From: Octopus sinensis
Lineage: Eukaryota
NCBI RefSeq assembly: GCF_006345805.1
Contig: NC_043000.1
Coordinates: 60,326,001-60,390,000, forward strand
DNA length: 64,000 nt
Reading direction: 5' to 3'
Shown: piece by piece, positions 40,541-52,849 of the stretch
How the letters are laid out: every line of letters starts with the position of its first letter
Numbering within the stretch: the first letter of the stretch is position 1
Made by a program: the position numbers and the translations under genes
The notes under the pieces: generated by a model
The model's database searches: none
The model's input: the letters and a program-made list of their open reading frames with translations, nothing else
Told to the model about the DNA's origin: nothing

Positions 40541-42109
40541 TAGTATCTCACAGAAGTATGTACACCCCCAAAAAATTTCAGTAAAATTGCCATTATTCTG
40601 ATAATATTGAAGGAAATCAAATGAAATTTATATTGAATAAAATATATTATACAAACATTATACAAATTTGGAACACAAAACAATAAACATTTTCAAAGAT
40701 ATGAACGAAATATTAATTTTCCAACGATACAAAAATATGCATATCCTAAAGGATTATTTGGTGTGACCGCCCTTGCTTTCAATGATTGCATTAAGTCTTC
40801 TGGACATAGAGTTGATTAAATTTCGACACATAACCGATGAAATTGACCTCTATTCATCCTGAATGATGTCTTTCAGCTGTGTTACATTGTGGAGTTTTTT
40901 TCTCCTCAACCTTCCTTTTCAAAACACTCCACAGATGTTCTATTGTGTTTAAATCAGGTGACATAGTAGACCAAGGCAATACTTTTACCTTTTTATCTGA
41001 TAAAAACTTAGTTGTCATCTTTGAAGTGTGTCTAGGGTCATTATCATGTTGAAACATGGAGTGTCTTCGTAGTTCCTTGATGCTTTTTCAATATGTCACA
41101 ATAAAAATCCACAGTTCTCAATAAATGTGAGTCTTTCCACACTGGCTGCACTCATACATCCCCAAAACATAACACTTCTACTGCCGTGTCTCATGGTAGG
41201 CATAGTGCATTTGTTGCTATTATCTTCACCTGGCCGTCGTCATACTCATTTAATACCATCTGACCCAAACAAATTGATTTTAGTCTAGTCAGAAAAAAGA
41301 ATTTTATTTCAAAACTCCTTCCCCTTACTCACATAGTTTTGGAAAAAGTAAAACAACTTGATTTATGTTTGGTAGTGAGGAGAGGTTTCCTATGAGGAAT
41401 GTGTCCATGAAGACCACACTGGTTCAAACTTCATCAAACTGTTTGGGTGGATACAGTATTTGCACTAACAGAAGACACTTCTTAGGCCGAAAATGAAGCA
41501 CAATGTTAGATGTGGTGAATATCACATGTAGTTAAAATAGAAGGACGACCTGGATGATGTTTATTACTTAGCTGTCCAGTAGCTTTGTACTTCTGAATTA
41601 CTTTGGCAACAGTGTTTATGCTAATATGTATTCATTTGCTAATTAACTTGTATCCTAAACCATTTTTGTGCAAATTAAAAATAGCTTTCTTCAAATTTTC
41701 AGACATTTCCTATTGGTGCCATTTTAATCACAATGAAGATTTTCACCACAGTACACAAATCAGAATTCCTGCAGATGCAATATCAATGACCTGTGCAAAA
41801 ATGTCAGGAGAAATAATTTATTAGAATTAAAATTATCAACAATATCTGAATTTAATAAAAAAAAAGTGGATAAACTACTGAATATAGCAAATTTCCTTTA
41901 GGGTGAACATATTTTTGTAACGTTTGAAAATTAATATTTCATTTTTATCTTTGAAAATGTTTATTGTTTTGTGTTCCAAATTTGTGTTATGTTTGCTTGT
42001 ATAATATATTTTATTCAGTATAAATTTCATTTGATTTCCTTCGATATTATCACTGTAATGATGTTTTACTGAAATTATTTAGGGGTGCACATACTTCAGT
42101 GAGATATTG
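40541..42109 (-). mobile_element. Tc1 (DD34E) transposon with TIRs of about 210 bp, degenerate transposase
   Basis: TA-flanked TIRs (AGTATCTCAC.GAAGTATG.ACACCCC / GGGGTGCACATACTTCAGTGAGATATTG); ORF 40854-41057 FQHDNDPRH..WSTMSPDLNTIEHLW with 34 residues between D and E. Confidence 0.9.
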
Positions 42110-42154
<45 letters not shown>

Positions 42155-42486
42155 TATATATAAATAAAAGGGATTAATAAATCCAGGCAAATATCTATAA
42201 AGCACTCAGTGTTAAATGAAATTGGTCAACTATATCAAACAATCAGATACCAATAAATTCAAGTAGAATTAACATCCAAGGTAATTCTTCATGTATGACA
42301 AGTAAATCTAAATATCACTTAAACATGCTAGCACATAGAAATGATCATCGGTAATGTATGGTATAATCACAAATTAAAGATGTGGTTTTCTTCATTCTTG
42401 TTCTTGTTATATATATTTATATATTATTCGGTTAAATCTACAGCCATTCAGACTAGGGTTCAATGACAAAAACATTTTCATAAACA

Positions 42487-43420
42487 TTCAAGACAGGCTG
42501 CCCCTGAGAGCTCCTCTATGCTGATGACCTTGCTCTAATAGCTGAGTCACTACCAGAACTAGAGAAGTTTCAGGTGTGGAAGCAAGGTCTAGAATTGAAG
42601 GGTCTTAGAGTCAATCTAGCAAAAACCAAGGTCTTAGTAAGTAGGAAGGCAGACAAATCACAATTCCCTTCAGGTAGATGGCCCTTCTCGATATGTAGAA
42701 AAGGCATAGGTAGAAACTCCATAAGATGTACCTGGTGTAAGCTATGTACACATAAGAGGTGCAGCAATATCAAAGAAAGGTTAACTGGGAAGATATTTTT
42801 TGTGTGTGGCACAGGGTCAATAAGCACTGAAGATGTACAGAAAACAGATTCCTTCATATGCCAGGGGGAAAAACCAGAAGTGGTTGATAGCTTCTGTTAC
42901 CTAGGTAACCAAGTCAGTAGTGGGGGTGGATGCTCTGAGAGCATAGCTTCTAGAATAAGAATAGCCAGGGCAAAGTTGAGAAAGCTCCTACCTTTGCTGG
43001 TAACAAAGGGCCTCTCACTTAGACTGAAAGCTAGACTGTATGATGCATATGTGCTAACTGCCATGCTACATGGCAGTGAAACACGGGCTGTGACTGCTGA
43101 AGACATGCATAGGCTTGAAAGAAATGAAGCTAGTATGCTCTGCTGAATGTGTAATGTCAGTGTGTATACACGACAGAGTGCAAGCATCCTGAGAGAAAAG
43201 TTGGACAAAGAAGCATCAGATGTGGTGTGCAAGAGAGATGACTGCACTGGTATGGTCATGTGTTGCATATGGATGAGGACAGCTGTGTGAAGAAGTATCA
43301 CACCCTAACAGTGGAAGGAACCTGTGGAAGAGGTAGACCCAGGAAGACATGGGATGAGGTGGGGAAGCATGACCTTTGAATGTTGGGCCTCACAGAGGCA
43401 ATGACAAGCAACCAAGACCT
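42487..43420 (+). mobile_element. 5'-truncated RTE LINE (second family), from LYADD to the 3' end
   Basis: CTCTATGCTGATGAC (LYADD) at about 42512; GLRVNLAKTKV, Cys-rich insert, VDSFCYLG, WYGHV, GRPRKTW motifs. Confidence 0.85.
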
Positions 43421-43439
43421 TTGGAGATATGCTGTGCTT

Positions 43440-43830
43440 GAGAAGCTCCAACAAGCCAAGTGAAATCATAGCTGTGGCTGATACCAGTGTTGTATAACTG
43501 ACCCATTTAAAAGTGTCCTTCAATCATCAAGCAGTATGCTCTACTTGAGAAGACCTGTTGAGTCAAGTGAAATCTTAGTCATGGCTGATGCCAGTGCTGC
43601 CTCACTGGCATGTAGAAAGCACCATTCAAGCATGGCCGATGCCAGTGCTGCCTGATTGGCTCCCATGCCAGTAGCACATAAAAAGCACCCACTACACTCT
43701 TGGAGCAGTTGGCGTTAGGAAGCGGAGCAGTTGCCAGATCAGATTGGAGCCTGGTGCAGCCTTCTGGCTTGCCAGTCTTCAGTCAAACCATCCAACCCAT
43801 GCCAGCATATGATGATGATGATGATGATGA
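43440..43830 (+). mobile_element. SINE family B
   Basis: Internal repeat units plus GCCAGATCAGATTGGAGCCTGGTGCAGCC..CCAACCCATGCCAGCAT and an (ATG)n tail. Confidence 0.8.
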
Positions 43831-44029
43831 TAAAATGCACTAACCAATATACCAGCCATAGTAGAGAGAATAAAAACATGATAACTGGGGCTTGTGCATC
43901 ACCTTGTTTTCAGATAATATACTATTTTATAACTGAAATTAAAAACATTAAAAACTCCTAAAAATTAGGAGTAAAGGTTCAGATATCGCAACTACAACAA
44001 AGGATATGCTTATGTGTATTTACATTACT

Positions 44030-44270
44030 ACTACTACTACTACCACTATTACTGGACTCTCGTCACTTCAAGTGGGAATTCAGGCCTATCTGGGATTTAC
44101 AGATCCAGCCACTGATACTGGAGTAGTAGACTCCATCATTTGATTGTAAATTGGATCTGACTTTATGCTGAGCTCTTTTCTCATTCAGGGTGTTGATTCC
44201 GACTGTCTTCAAGTCAGAGATGAGTTGGTGCCAAGAGCCTCTCCAGTGAGCTTCATGCATTTCCAGACAT
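44030..44270 (-). mobile_element. RTE LINE extreme 3' end with decayed C2H2 motif and (AGT)n tail
   Basis: ORF 44063-44281 ends WICKSQIGLNSHLK; (CTA)n on the plus strand at about 44027-44043. Confidence 0.65.
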
Positions 44271-44759
44271 GGTGGAAGCATGTGGCTTAATGGTTAAGGG
44301 TGTTGGACTCATGGTCATAAGACTGTGGTTTCAATTCCTGGACCGAGCAACATGTTTTTTTGAGAAAAACACCTCTTTTCACATTGCTCCAGTCCACTCA
44401 GCTGGTAATAATGAGTCATCCCGTGATGGACTGGCATTACATCCAGTGGGAATATATACATCACGAAATTGGCCCTATGAGTCTGTATGTCTCAGGAAGG
44501 ACCTTATCCTATTTCTAGACATGGATTGGAATGAATTAGACATGTGGTTCAGAGATAAAGATCAATAAGTTGTCACATGCAAGTCACTTGATATTTTAAT
44601 TATGTATATATGTAGAATTGAGTAATCATGAGTTGAATTCCATGTTTTATCAATGGACACAATGCAGTGTTGGTGACAAGATACAAAATGCTGATTTCTT
44701 GGCTGCATATTTGTTTTGATTTTAGTATCTGCTGTCATCTATATGTGTGAGAGTGGGGA

Positions 44760-45415
44760 TGTGGCACATATATAATAATGAAATTATTGTATACAGTGCT
44801 CAGGTGCACCACAACTTGTCAGAAAGTGCGTATAAAGTCTATGCAGTAATGTACAAATGTCTGGAAAGCGAACAATGTATGGGTCAGATACATGCTTGTG
44901 TGTATATGGAGGGGAGAAAATCAGGTGTAGTGTTGGCAAATCCCAGAAAGCATGGAAGTTTTGAAGGATGCAGTGCTCCGACAACTAACAACTGATGCCA
45001 GCAGTTTGTTCCATGCTTCAGCAACTCTCAGCGTGAAAAAATGTATCCTAAAGTCATGGGAGCTGTGTTGTTTTCTGACTTTGTAAATATGTCCACGGGT
45101 GTTAGATGGGTGGAGTTTGAAAAGGTGCTCAGAGTTATTGTTTGTAAGATGGTTAATAATTTTATGGGTGTCTGCTAAGTCAGCTGCCAGACGTTGGAGT
45201 TTCAATGTATCCATGCCCAGGGAAGTAAGGTGTTCAGAATATGGCAAATGCTTGATGGAGGGTATTCTTTTGGTTGCACGTCGCTGAACGGCTTCCAGAC
45301 GATTAATATCCTGGGCAAGATAGGGGTTCCAGACTGGTGATGCATATTCCAGGTGAGGTCTTACCATAGCTATATAAAGCCGCAGATAGATAGCCGGAGA
45401 GCAGCTCACAAAGGA
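44760..45415 (-). mobile_element. CR1-clade LINE 3' fragment
   Basis: ORF 44921-45409: VRPHLEYASPVWNPY..LEAVQRRATK..NTRGH..FFTLRVAEAWNKL, the typical CR1 ORF2 C-terminus. Confidence 0.9.
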
Positions 45416-45719
45416 CTTGGTAAATGTGTTTGTGTTACATTGGTTTGAAAACCAGCCTTGTTCATTGTTAATAGTACCAGATTGAAATAAGTACTGGCAT
45501 GATTATGATCGACTAAATATCCTTCAAGGTGTTGATACAGCAAAGTTGCAGGCCAATAACTAAAACCAGGAAAACAATTTACACACACACACAAATATTC
45601 TTGATGTGTATATGTGTACATTGTAAGTATAATTCTGTCTGGGTGCACAATGTTCTTAACGGTCAGTGATGGTCTTCCTTCGTCACAAGTGGACTGCCAT
45701 CATATATACATATATTCTT

Positions 45720-46082
45720 TTATTCTTTTACTCGTTTCAGTCATTTAGACTGCAGCCTTGCTGGGACACCACCTTGAAGAATTTTAGTCAAACTGATCAG
45801 CCCCAATACTCATCTTTTAAAGCCTGGTACTTATTCTATCAGTCTCTTATGCTAGACCGCTGGTTGTTAAGCAGTGGGAGGGGAGTCAAAGACACATACA
45901 AACACACACACATACACATATATGTACAATATATGATGAGCTTCTTTCAATTTCTGTCTACCAAATCCACTCACAAGACTTTGGTCAGCCTGAGGCTACA
46001 GTAGTAAACACTTGCTCAAGAAGCCATGCTGTGGATCTGACCCTAGAATCATGTGGTTGGGAACCAAACTTCTTAACACACA

Positions 46083-46086
<4 letters not shown>
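45720..46086 (-). mobile_element. SINE family A
   Basis: Homologous to 33937-34340; head CACACAGCCA at about 46077. Confidence 0.8.
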
Positions 46087-46124
<38 letters not shown>

Positions 46125-46399
46125 GCGAAGATATCATTGACTGTTATTATCTAGTGTAACAATTTTAAAATGATAATAACAGTATGTCCTTTGATTAAGG
46201 CTCCAATCGGATCTGGCCAGCTGTAGAAACTCTGCCAGATCAGATTGGAGCCTGGTGCAGCCATCTGGTTTGCCAATCCTCAGTCAAATTGACCAACCCA
46301 TGCTAGCATGGAAAGCGGACGTTAAACGATTATGATGATGATGATATATATATATATTCTGTATGTAAATTTTTAGCTTATGAACATGTCTATGACAGG

Positions 46400-46800
46400 G
46401 GGTAAAAATGGACAAAGAAGGAATTCCAAAAGATTTAGTTGTAGAGATGATTATGTATAGTGGCTAGTATGAGAAGAGAAGAAATTGGTGAGTCAGTGAG
46501 CTTGTGATGAGGCAGTATTTAATTAACCACATGTCTGTGTCCAAGAGGTTGTAGTGTGATGGTTGGGGAGTTTTTCCTAATCAGCTATTTTGGATGCAGT
46601 CTACAATAATAGTGTATGTGTATTTGTAGCATTGCTCCAGATGTGAGAACAATAACCATATTGTGGAACTGACAAGAGTTTAGTCAGCAATTGAATTGTT
46701 AGTAATTGATCTGAAGTGAAGGATTTCCTGGCCCTGATGAGAATGGCTCATCACTGAGATGCAGTGAGCAATAAATATTTTTATGACAATCTCTAGTATG
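46400..46800 (-). mobile_element. Degenerate CR1-group LINE fragment
   Basis: Minus frame PQYGYCSHIWSNA..DCIQ resembles the EYCSHIW..LDRIQ motif; related to the 24.6-25.0 kb remnant. Confidence 0.5.
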
Positions 46801-49115
46801 CTGCTCTCACAATAAAATGCATTTAAGTACATATTGTAAAGTGGCTGGTGTTACGAAGGGCACTCAACTACAGAAACCATGCCAAAAATAGAATACATAG
46901 GCAAAATGTGGTCCTGAAACCCAACTAGAAAGATGGTAATTCTGAATAAGAAACGACTCAGATTGTGACAACCATCAAATCCATGCCAGCACTGAAAAGG
47001 GAGTGTAAAATTCTTGATTATGATGATGATAATTACGAAAGGTTTAAAATGTCATAGCATCACATTCTATTTGTTTTAAAATAACTCTTGTAAAAAAAAA
47101 ATCACTGAATGATATTATAAAAATGTAAAAGTAAAATTTTATACAGAAGAGTGATCAAAAGTAAAAATATTAGAAAATGGGATCTTAATTAGATTTAGAT
47201 ATTTTTCCACCTCATACACCATTCTATTGTAATATCTCGTGGATTTATATAAATAATTTTAAAAACAAAAAGACAATCATGTGTAAAGACAACATTTTTG
47301 GTAAAATAAGTAGAATATAACCTAAAATAGTTGCTACTATTTGACATAAAAATAAAAGATTCCTACAATGACTTTGAAGATATCAGTAAGTAAAAAAAAT
47401 GTATGTTTAATTATATGCAAAGAAATGTATTATATACAATACCAACATCTATTCAAAGCCAGTCATTCTCTCTCTCTCTCTCTCTTTCTCTCATCCTTTC
47501 TTTCTCACTTTTGTTCACATACTTATAAAGAAAGAAATTCTTATAAAGAAAGAAAATCGAAACAATTTCTTTTCTTTCTTTACAAAAAGTAGATGCTTTG
47601 TGGACCCATTAAGCATAGCATGATGATGATGATGATGATGATGATGGTGGTAATAGTAGTAGTGATGATAATGGAATTGATAATATAATGATGATGATCA
47701 TCATCGCCATGTCAATGACTATGATGATGGTCACGAAGCTGATAATGGTGATCATAATGATGAAACATTTTGAAGTGGGCGGCTAGTGCTGTTGCCAGTG
47801 AATTTTTTTTAAAGAGAGAGTTTCACAGAAATGTTCGCTTTTAGAAAGGCAAACTTTAACTTGCTCATAATAAAACAACTGCTTCTGCTACTACTTCATT
47901 GAGAAGGTATGGAAGAACAAAGGCTTGATAGCCACAAGTGGTACTTTGAGATATTGTGAAACCATTATTGTTAAATCTACCTTTGTTAATTTCATGGCTA
48001 CAGGGCATGACAGCTTATGTGCTAGCATAGCATGAGGAAAGCTTTTCAATTAAATGCATATCAACACAAAAGTAACTTGTTCAGATGCTTACATCTTTTG
48101 GATACCCAGATAAGTGTCCATGTACTGAGGCATCAAAGGATATTCCAATGGAAAGAAACACGGATGCAGAGAGAATATTTATTAACATGTAATCATGATT
48201 GTGTTAGCTGCTCGTCTTCACAGTGAGTCATTGAAATCTATCAAGAAGCTCATATTCTGACTTTGCCAACAAATCAATAGTTGATGAGACAGAGATCCTA
48301 CATCCTGGAAAGAATTACCAAACCATGAAACGAAATAACTTCATCATTATAAACATAAGCAGAAACAATGATCTACAAAATGAAAAATATGAATAAAAAT
48401 GCAATAGTAAATATCTATATCTTTGTGAATATATGTATTTCTGTATGTATATATGCATGTATGTAGCTTGTGAAGAGATGGAGAGAGAGAGAGAGAAAGA
48501 GAGGGGGGAGAGAGAGAATGAGAGAGAGGGAGGGAGAGAGAGAGAGAGAGAGTAATAGATGGATGTGTATGAGATATGCATAAGTAAGTACATCAAAATG
48601 TGCATAGATGTGCATAAGAATTCTTATATGCATCCAAATACATACTAAAAATTGAATATTTAAATTACCCCCATCGATCGATCCATCCATCCATGTATCT
48701 ATATACATACATACACACACACCTAATTTAATACAAGTTTGATTTGGCATCATGCAACTTCAAGTGTTGCAAGCTTGAAAATAAACCAAGCTCTCCAAGC
48801 TTAGGTAAAGGTGTGAGTGTGGCACACAGATGAATATGTAGACAAAAAAGACAAAATTACACACATATAAGAGGACCACATACATTATATATATACATAT
48901 ATGTGGTCCTCTTATATGTGTATAATTTTGTCTTTATATATATATATATATATATATGAAATATTAGAAAAAAACACCTTTTATCAATTCAAAATGAATA
49001 ATTAAATTACAGCATCTAGAAAATTACATATAATAGAAAAGTTAAAATTAAAATAATTAAAAAGTAAAGATTAAGTAAATTACAAGAATAATATAATGTA
49101 TGTAATAGGTAGAAA

Positions 49116-49202
49116 AACAACACGTGTTTCGCTGCTATATTTAAGAAGTGATTATAGTAGTAGAGAAATCACTTGCATATAAATATAGTCGCTCATCAGG
49201 TT
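49116..49202 (-). ncRNA. Minimal type I hammerhead ribozyme motif with long helix II
   Basis: Minus strand: AAC-CTGATGA-[GCGACTATATTTA..TAAATATAGCAGC]-GAAAC-ACGT-GTT-GTT; intact core, palindromic helix III ACACGTGT. Confidence 0.7.
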
Positions 49203-49322
49203 AAAAATATAATATTTTATATATATTATATTGTGTGGAATTTGATTTAGTATTTCTAAATTGAATTCTTTTTCCTTGTAAGTTTGGATTTTATTCCCTC
49301 AAATAATAATTATATATATATA

Positions 49323-50170
49323 CAGGGTATGGTGAATATATTGTCTAAATTAAGCAAAAATGAAAATAACACTGACATTTTATTTTAACAGATATATTTA
49401 CTAAATAGTAAATTTATTCAATAAAATTGCCATTGTCTTCAACCACGGCCTCCAGATGACTTTGGAATCTCCTGCAACTCATCTGGACAGTCTCCTTAAA
49501 TTGGTGAATGCTACCATAATCCTTTCCTTCAGTTCATTTTTTTTGCTGTTGAAGTTTTGTTGGTCTCTCACTCAACTGCATGCTGAAACATAATAATCAA
49601 AGGGATTGCAGTCTGGGGGTTAGGTGGCCAGATGTTAGGAGTGATGTAGTCACAGAAATTGTCTGACAGCCATGACTGGGTTCTCCTGCTTGTGTGACAT
49701 GGTGCAGAGTCCTGTTGTCAGACTTAGGGTCTTCCAGCAGCCACCCTCTTGACTCAGGCAGCACTACCTCCACCAGGCACTTGATGCAGGCCTCCATGTT
49801 GAGTGTGAGGCTGTGTGGGAAGATGAATGGATGTATAATGTCCCTATCACTAGTGATCATTCCAAACACCATGATATTGACTGGATGTTTGATTTTTATC
49901 ACTCTCAGTACATGTTTTGGGGACAAGGCAAGTCAATCGTTGTTCTGCGTGTTCATCATCTGTTCGTATTGGAGCTTTTGGCGTGAATGCCAAGCAATAC
50001 AGCATGTCGTTTCCAAATTTCTGGCAGAATGATTTGCCTCATGGTGCTATTTTTCTCACAGCTGGTGTCCAAACTGACCCTACTATATTCTGTAGTCAAC
50101 AAAATCAAAAATAAACAATGTGTATGGCAAAATTAAAAATATAAAATGGTAACAATTTACCCATTGTACC
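49323..50170 (-). mobile_element. DD37D (maT-like) Tc1/mariner transposon remnant
   Basis: Minus frames KHPVNIMVFG.., QQDSAPCHTSRRTQSWLSDNFCDYITPNIWPP, then DCNPFDYY after a 1-bp deletion (D-37-D spacing once corrected); TA|CAGGGT start. Confidence 0.8.
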
Positions 50171-50376
50171 ATATATATATATATATATATATAATTAAAA
50201 TAGTAGTTTGCAATGTTTTACCAAAGAGGAAAATTATAATTGTCACTAAATGTGACTAAAGTGTTAGAAACACCTACATTGCTAGAGATAAGAGAGCTAA
50301 AATGTTCTAATCCTGTTGTCAAAGCACATAATTGTATATATATATAATATATATATATATATATAATATATATATA

Positions 50377-51875
50377 CAGTTGCGGCCAAAATGTTCAGAA
50401 CGGCATTGTTTTCGTCAGAAAAGTAAATATAAGTTTTTATCAAAGTTGTTTCATATTCTATAATTTTCATAGACAATAAATACAATATTAATTGTTATTG
50501 TCTGAGATTTTGGTGTAATTTGAGTGGATAATACAAAAGTTATGGATGATTTAGTGATTTACTGCAAAACCCATGGCGGCCAAAATGATCAGAACGGTTG
50601 AAAAAATAGCAAAATAATCAAAAATGACAGAGAATACTGGAATTATTTAATATTTAGTGTGAAGCCCTTTAGCTTCAATCACACTCTGACATCTTCGACT
50701 GCATGAGGAAATTAAATTTTCAATTTCTTGCTGGGTGATCTTATTCCATTCTTCCTGAAGGGCATTCCATAATTGCTCAGTTGTTTTAGGATTTCTGGCT
50801 TTCGAACATTCTCCTAGAATATTCCATACATTTTCAATAGAATTGAGATCTGGGCTTTGAGCAGGCCAATCCATAACAATAACCTTTTCAGCCTTGAGGA
50901 AGTTCATGACCACCTTAGCCTTGTGACATGGGGCATTGTCCTGCATGAATATGGGTGGTCACTTAGTTGAATTTCTCAGCACAGGCAAGACATGATCTTT
51001 TACAAGTTGTTTATAAACTCCTGCATTTACCTTTCCATGTAATCACACCAAAGGGCCCACACCATTTCCAGATATCATCCCCCAAACCATGACACTTCCT
51101 CCACTGAATTTAACACTAGTCTTAAGGCATTTAGGCGACAATTTTTCACCTACTTTTCTACGAACGTACCTTTTCCCATCTGAGCCAAATAGCATAAACT
51201 TAGATTCATCACTGAAATGCACGGTTTGCCATTTTTCTTGAGACCACAACACATGTTCAGTTGTAAAGGTAAGACGACACTTTTTATTCTTGGAGCTGAT
51301 CAGTGGCTTCACTGCAGGTGCTCTTGCTTGTAGGTCATGTTCAACTAAATGACGAGACACAGTTTTTCGAGATAAAGTTTTCTTCAATACAATGCTCATT
51401 TTCCGAGAAACAGCAGCAGCAGTTTTAAATCTGTCCTTTTTAACCAACTTTACCATAGCACGATCTTCTCTCTTGGTCGTTTTTCTTGGCCTACCTGTAA
51501 ACTTTCTTGCTTCACACGAACCACAATCATCGTAGACCTTAAGAATACCGTGTACCACACTTTTTGACTTGTTAACAATCTTTGCAATAGATCCAATACT
51601 TAAATTATCCTTCCTTCGAAGCTTAATAATCTGCTGACGAATTGGTAACGGAGTGAGTGGTATTATATTAACAAAGTACACTGCAAATATTCTTACTAAT
51701 GTTTAGTAAACAAACCGTCACGTACACAAATTCAAAACATTAGAGTTCGCCGGTTAAATATACTAAAACACGGAGTAAAAGCAACTGTTCTGATCATTTG
51801 GGCCGCCATGGGTTTTGCAGTAAATCACTAAATCATCCATAACTTTTGTATTATCCTCTCAAATTACACCAAAAT
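50377..51875 (-). mobile_element. Tc1 (DD34E) IR/DR-type transposon, one TIR truncated
   Basis: TA|CAGTTGCGGCC end; direct repeats GCGGCCAAAATG.TCAGAACGG at 50382-50403 and 50576-50597; inverted match 50507-50600 vs 51784-51875 only. Confidence 0.92.
50647..51681 (-). pseudogene. Tc1 transposase, about 344 codons, no frameshift, two in-frame TGA stops (51043-51045, 50959-50961)
   Basis: ORFs 51043-51681 and 50647-50946 are in the same frame; HTH, GRPRK, FSDESKF, VMVWG, QDNAPCH and WPAQSPDLNSIEN motifs; D-34-E spacing counted. Confidence 0.92.
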
Positions 51876-52344
51876 ACTGAATTCAGTTTCTGGAATTTCT
51901 GTTGCCTCATCAATAAGGATTGGCTCTACTTCAGTAGTTTTCAGGCTTAATTCTCTGCCTGTATATATGTTTCCATCATAGACATTTATGGATGATTTAG
52001 CAAACCGCTAATGTGTATACATAAAATTAAAATAGACAGCAGTTTGAAATGTTTAACCAAAAAGGAAAACTATAATTGTCACATTTAGTGACTAGAGTAT
52101 TGGAAATACCTACTTCAACATGAATGCATCATTCAAAATACTGCCTGGATTTACCTGGGATTATACTTAAGGGCTTATACCTCCATGAAAGTACAGACCA
52201 ACCTCCATACTCTCTGGAAAAAAATGAACTGTGAACTTTATTCTCCTATCTGTATTCTTCTATCTGCTTTTACTCTTTATTCTTCTATTTTATTCCTTAT
52301 AAACTGCAAATTCCCTGTATGGAACTTTCATACATACACACCTT

Positions 52345-52420
52345 GTCTCTGATGATAGAATACCCAGTGTACAGACATCCTAGCCTACCACTTGAGATAT
52401 CCTCGAAACAGCTGTAAGAC
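52345..52420 (+). ncRNA. Minimal hammerhead ribozyme motif, helix II partly decayed
   Basis: GTCT-CTGATGA-[TAGAATA..TATCCTC]-GAAAC-AGCT-GTA-AGAC; helix I GTCT/AGAC; palindromic helix III ACAGCTGT; lies in a probable Penelope tail remnant (about 52140-52520). Confidence 0.65.
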
Positions 52421-52761
52421 TTCAAATTCACCTTACCCTCAATTATTATGACTTGAGATACTTGTCCTGCTTTGGTTTTTGTTGTCCATTTCCTCTAATA
52501 TATACATGCTAACACAGAAACCTAACATGGATCCTAGCTCAAGCCTCAGCTGTGAACTTAGAACCTAACAGGCATCCAGCTGTAGAAACTCTGCCAGATC
52601 AGATTGGAGTCTGGTTTGCCAGACCTCAGTCAAATCGTCCAACCCATGCTAGCATGGAAAACGGACATTAAATGATGATGATGATATATATGTACATATA
52701 TATTTATATGTACATTTAGATATATATTTATATGTTCATATATATATATATATATATATAT

Positions 52762-52849
52762 GTCTGGACGTGTGTATGTATATATGATGTGATGTGTAAA
52801 GTCGTATGGTGTAGTGTAGAGAGAGGAGATGAGGGAAGAGGGGGAGGTA
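52762..52849 (-). repeat. 88-bp inverted copy of the Penelope 3' region (56219-56306)
   Basis: GTCTGGACGTGTGTATGTATATATGATGTGATGTGTAAAGTCGTATGGTGTAGTG..GGAGGTA is the reverse complement of 56219-56306, with no mismatch seen. Confidence 0.9.
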
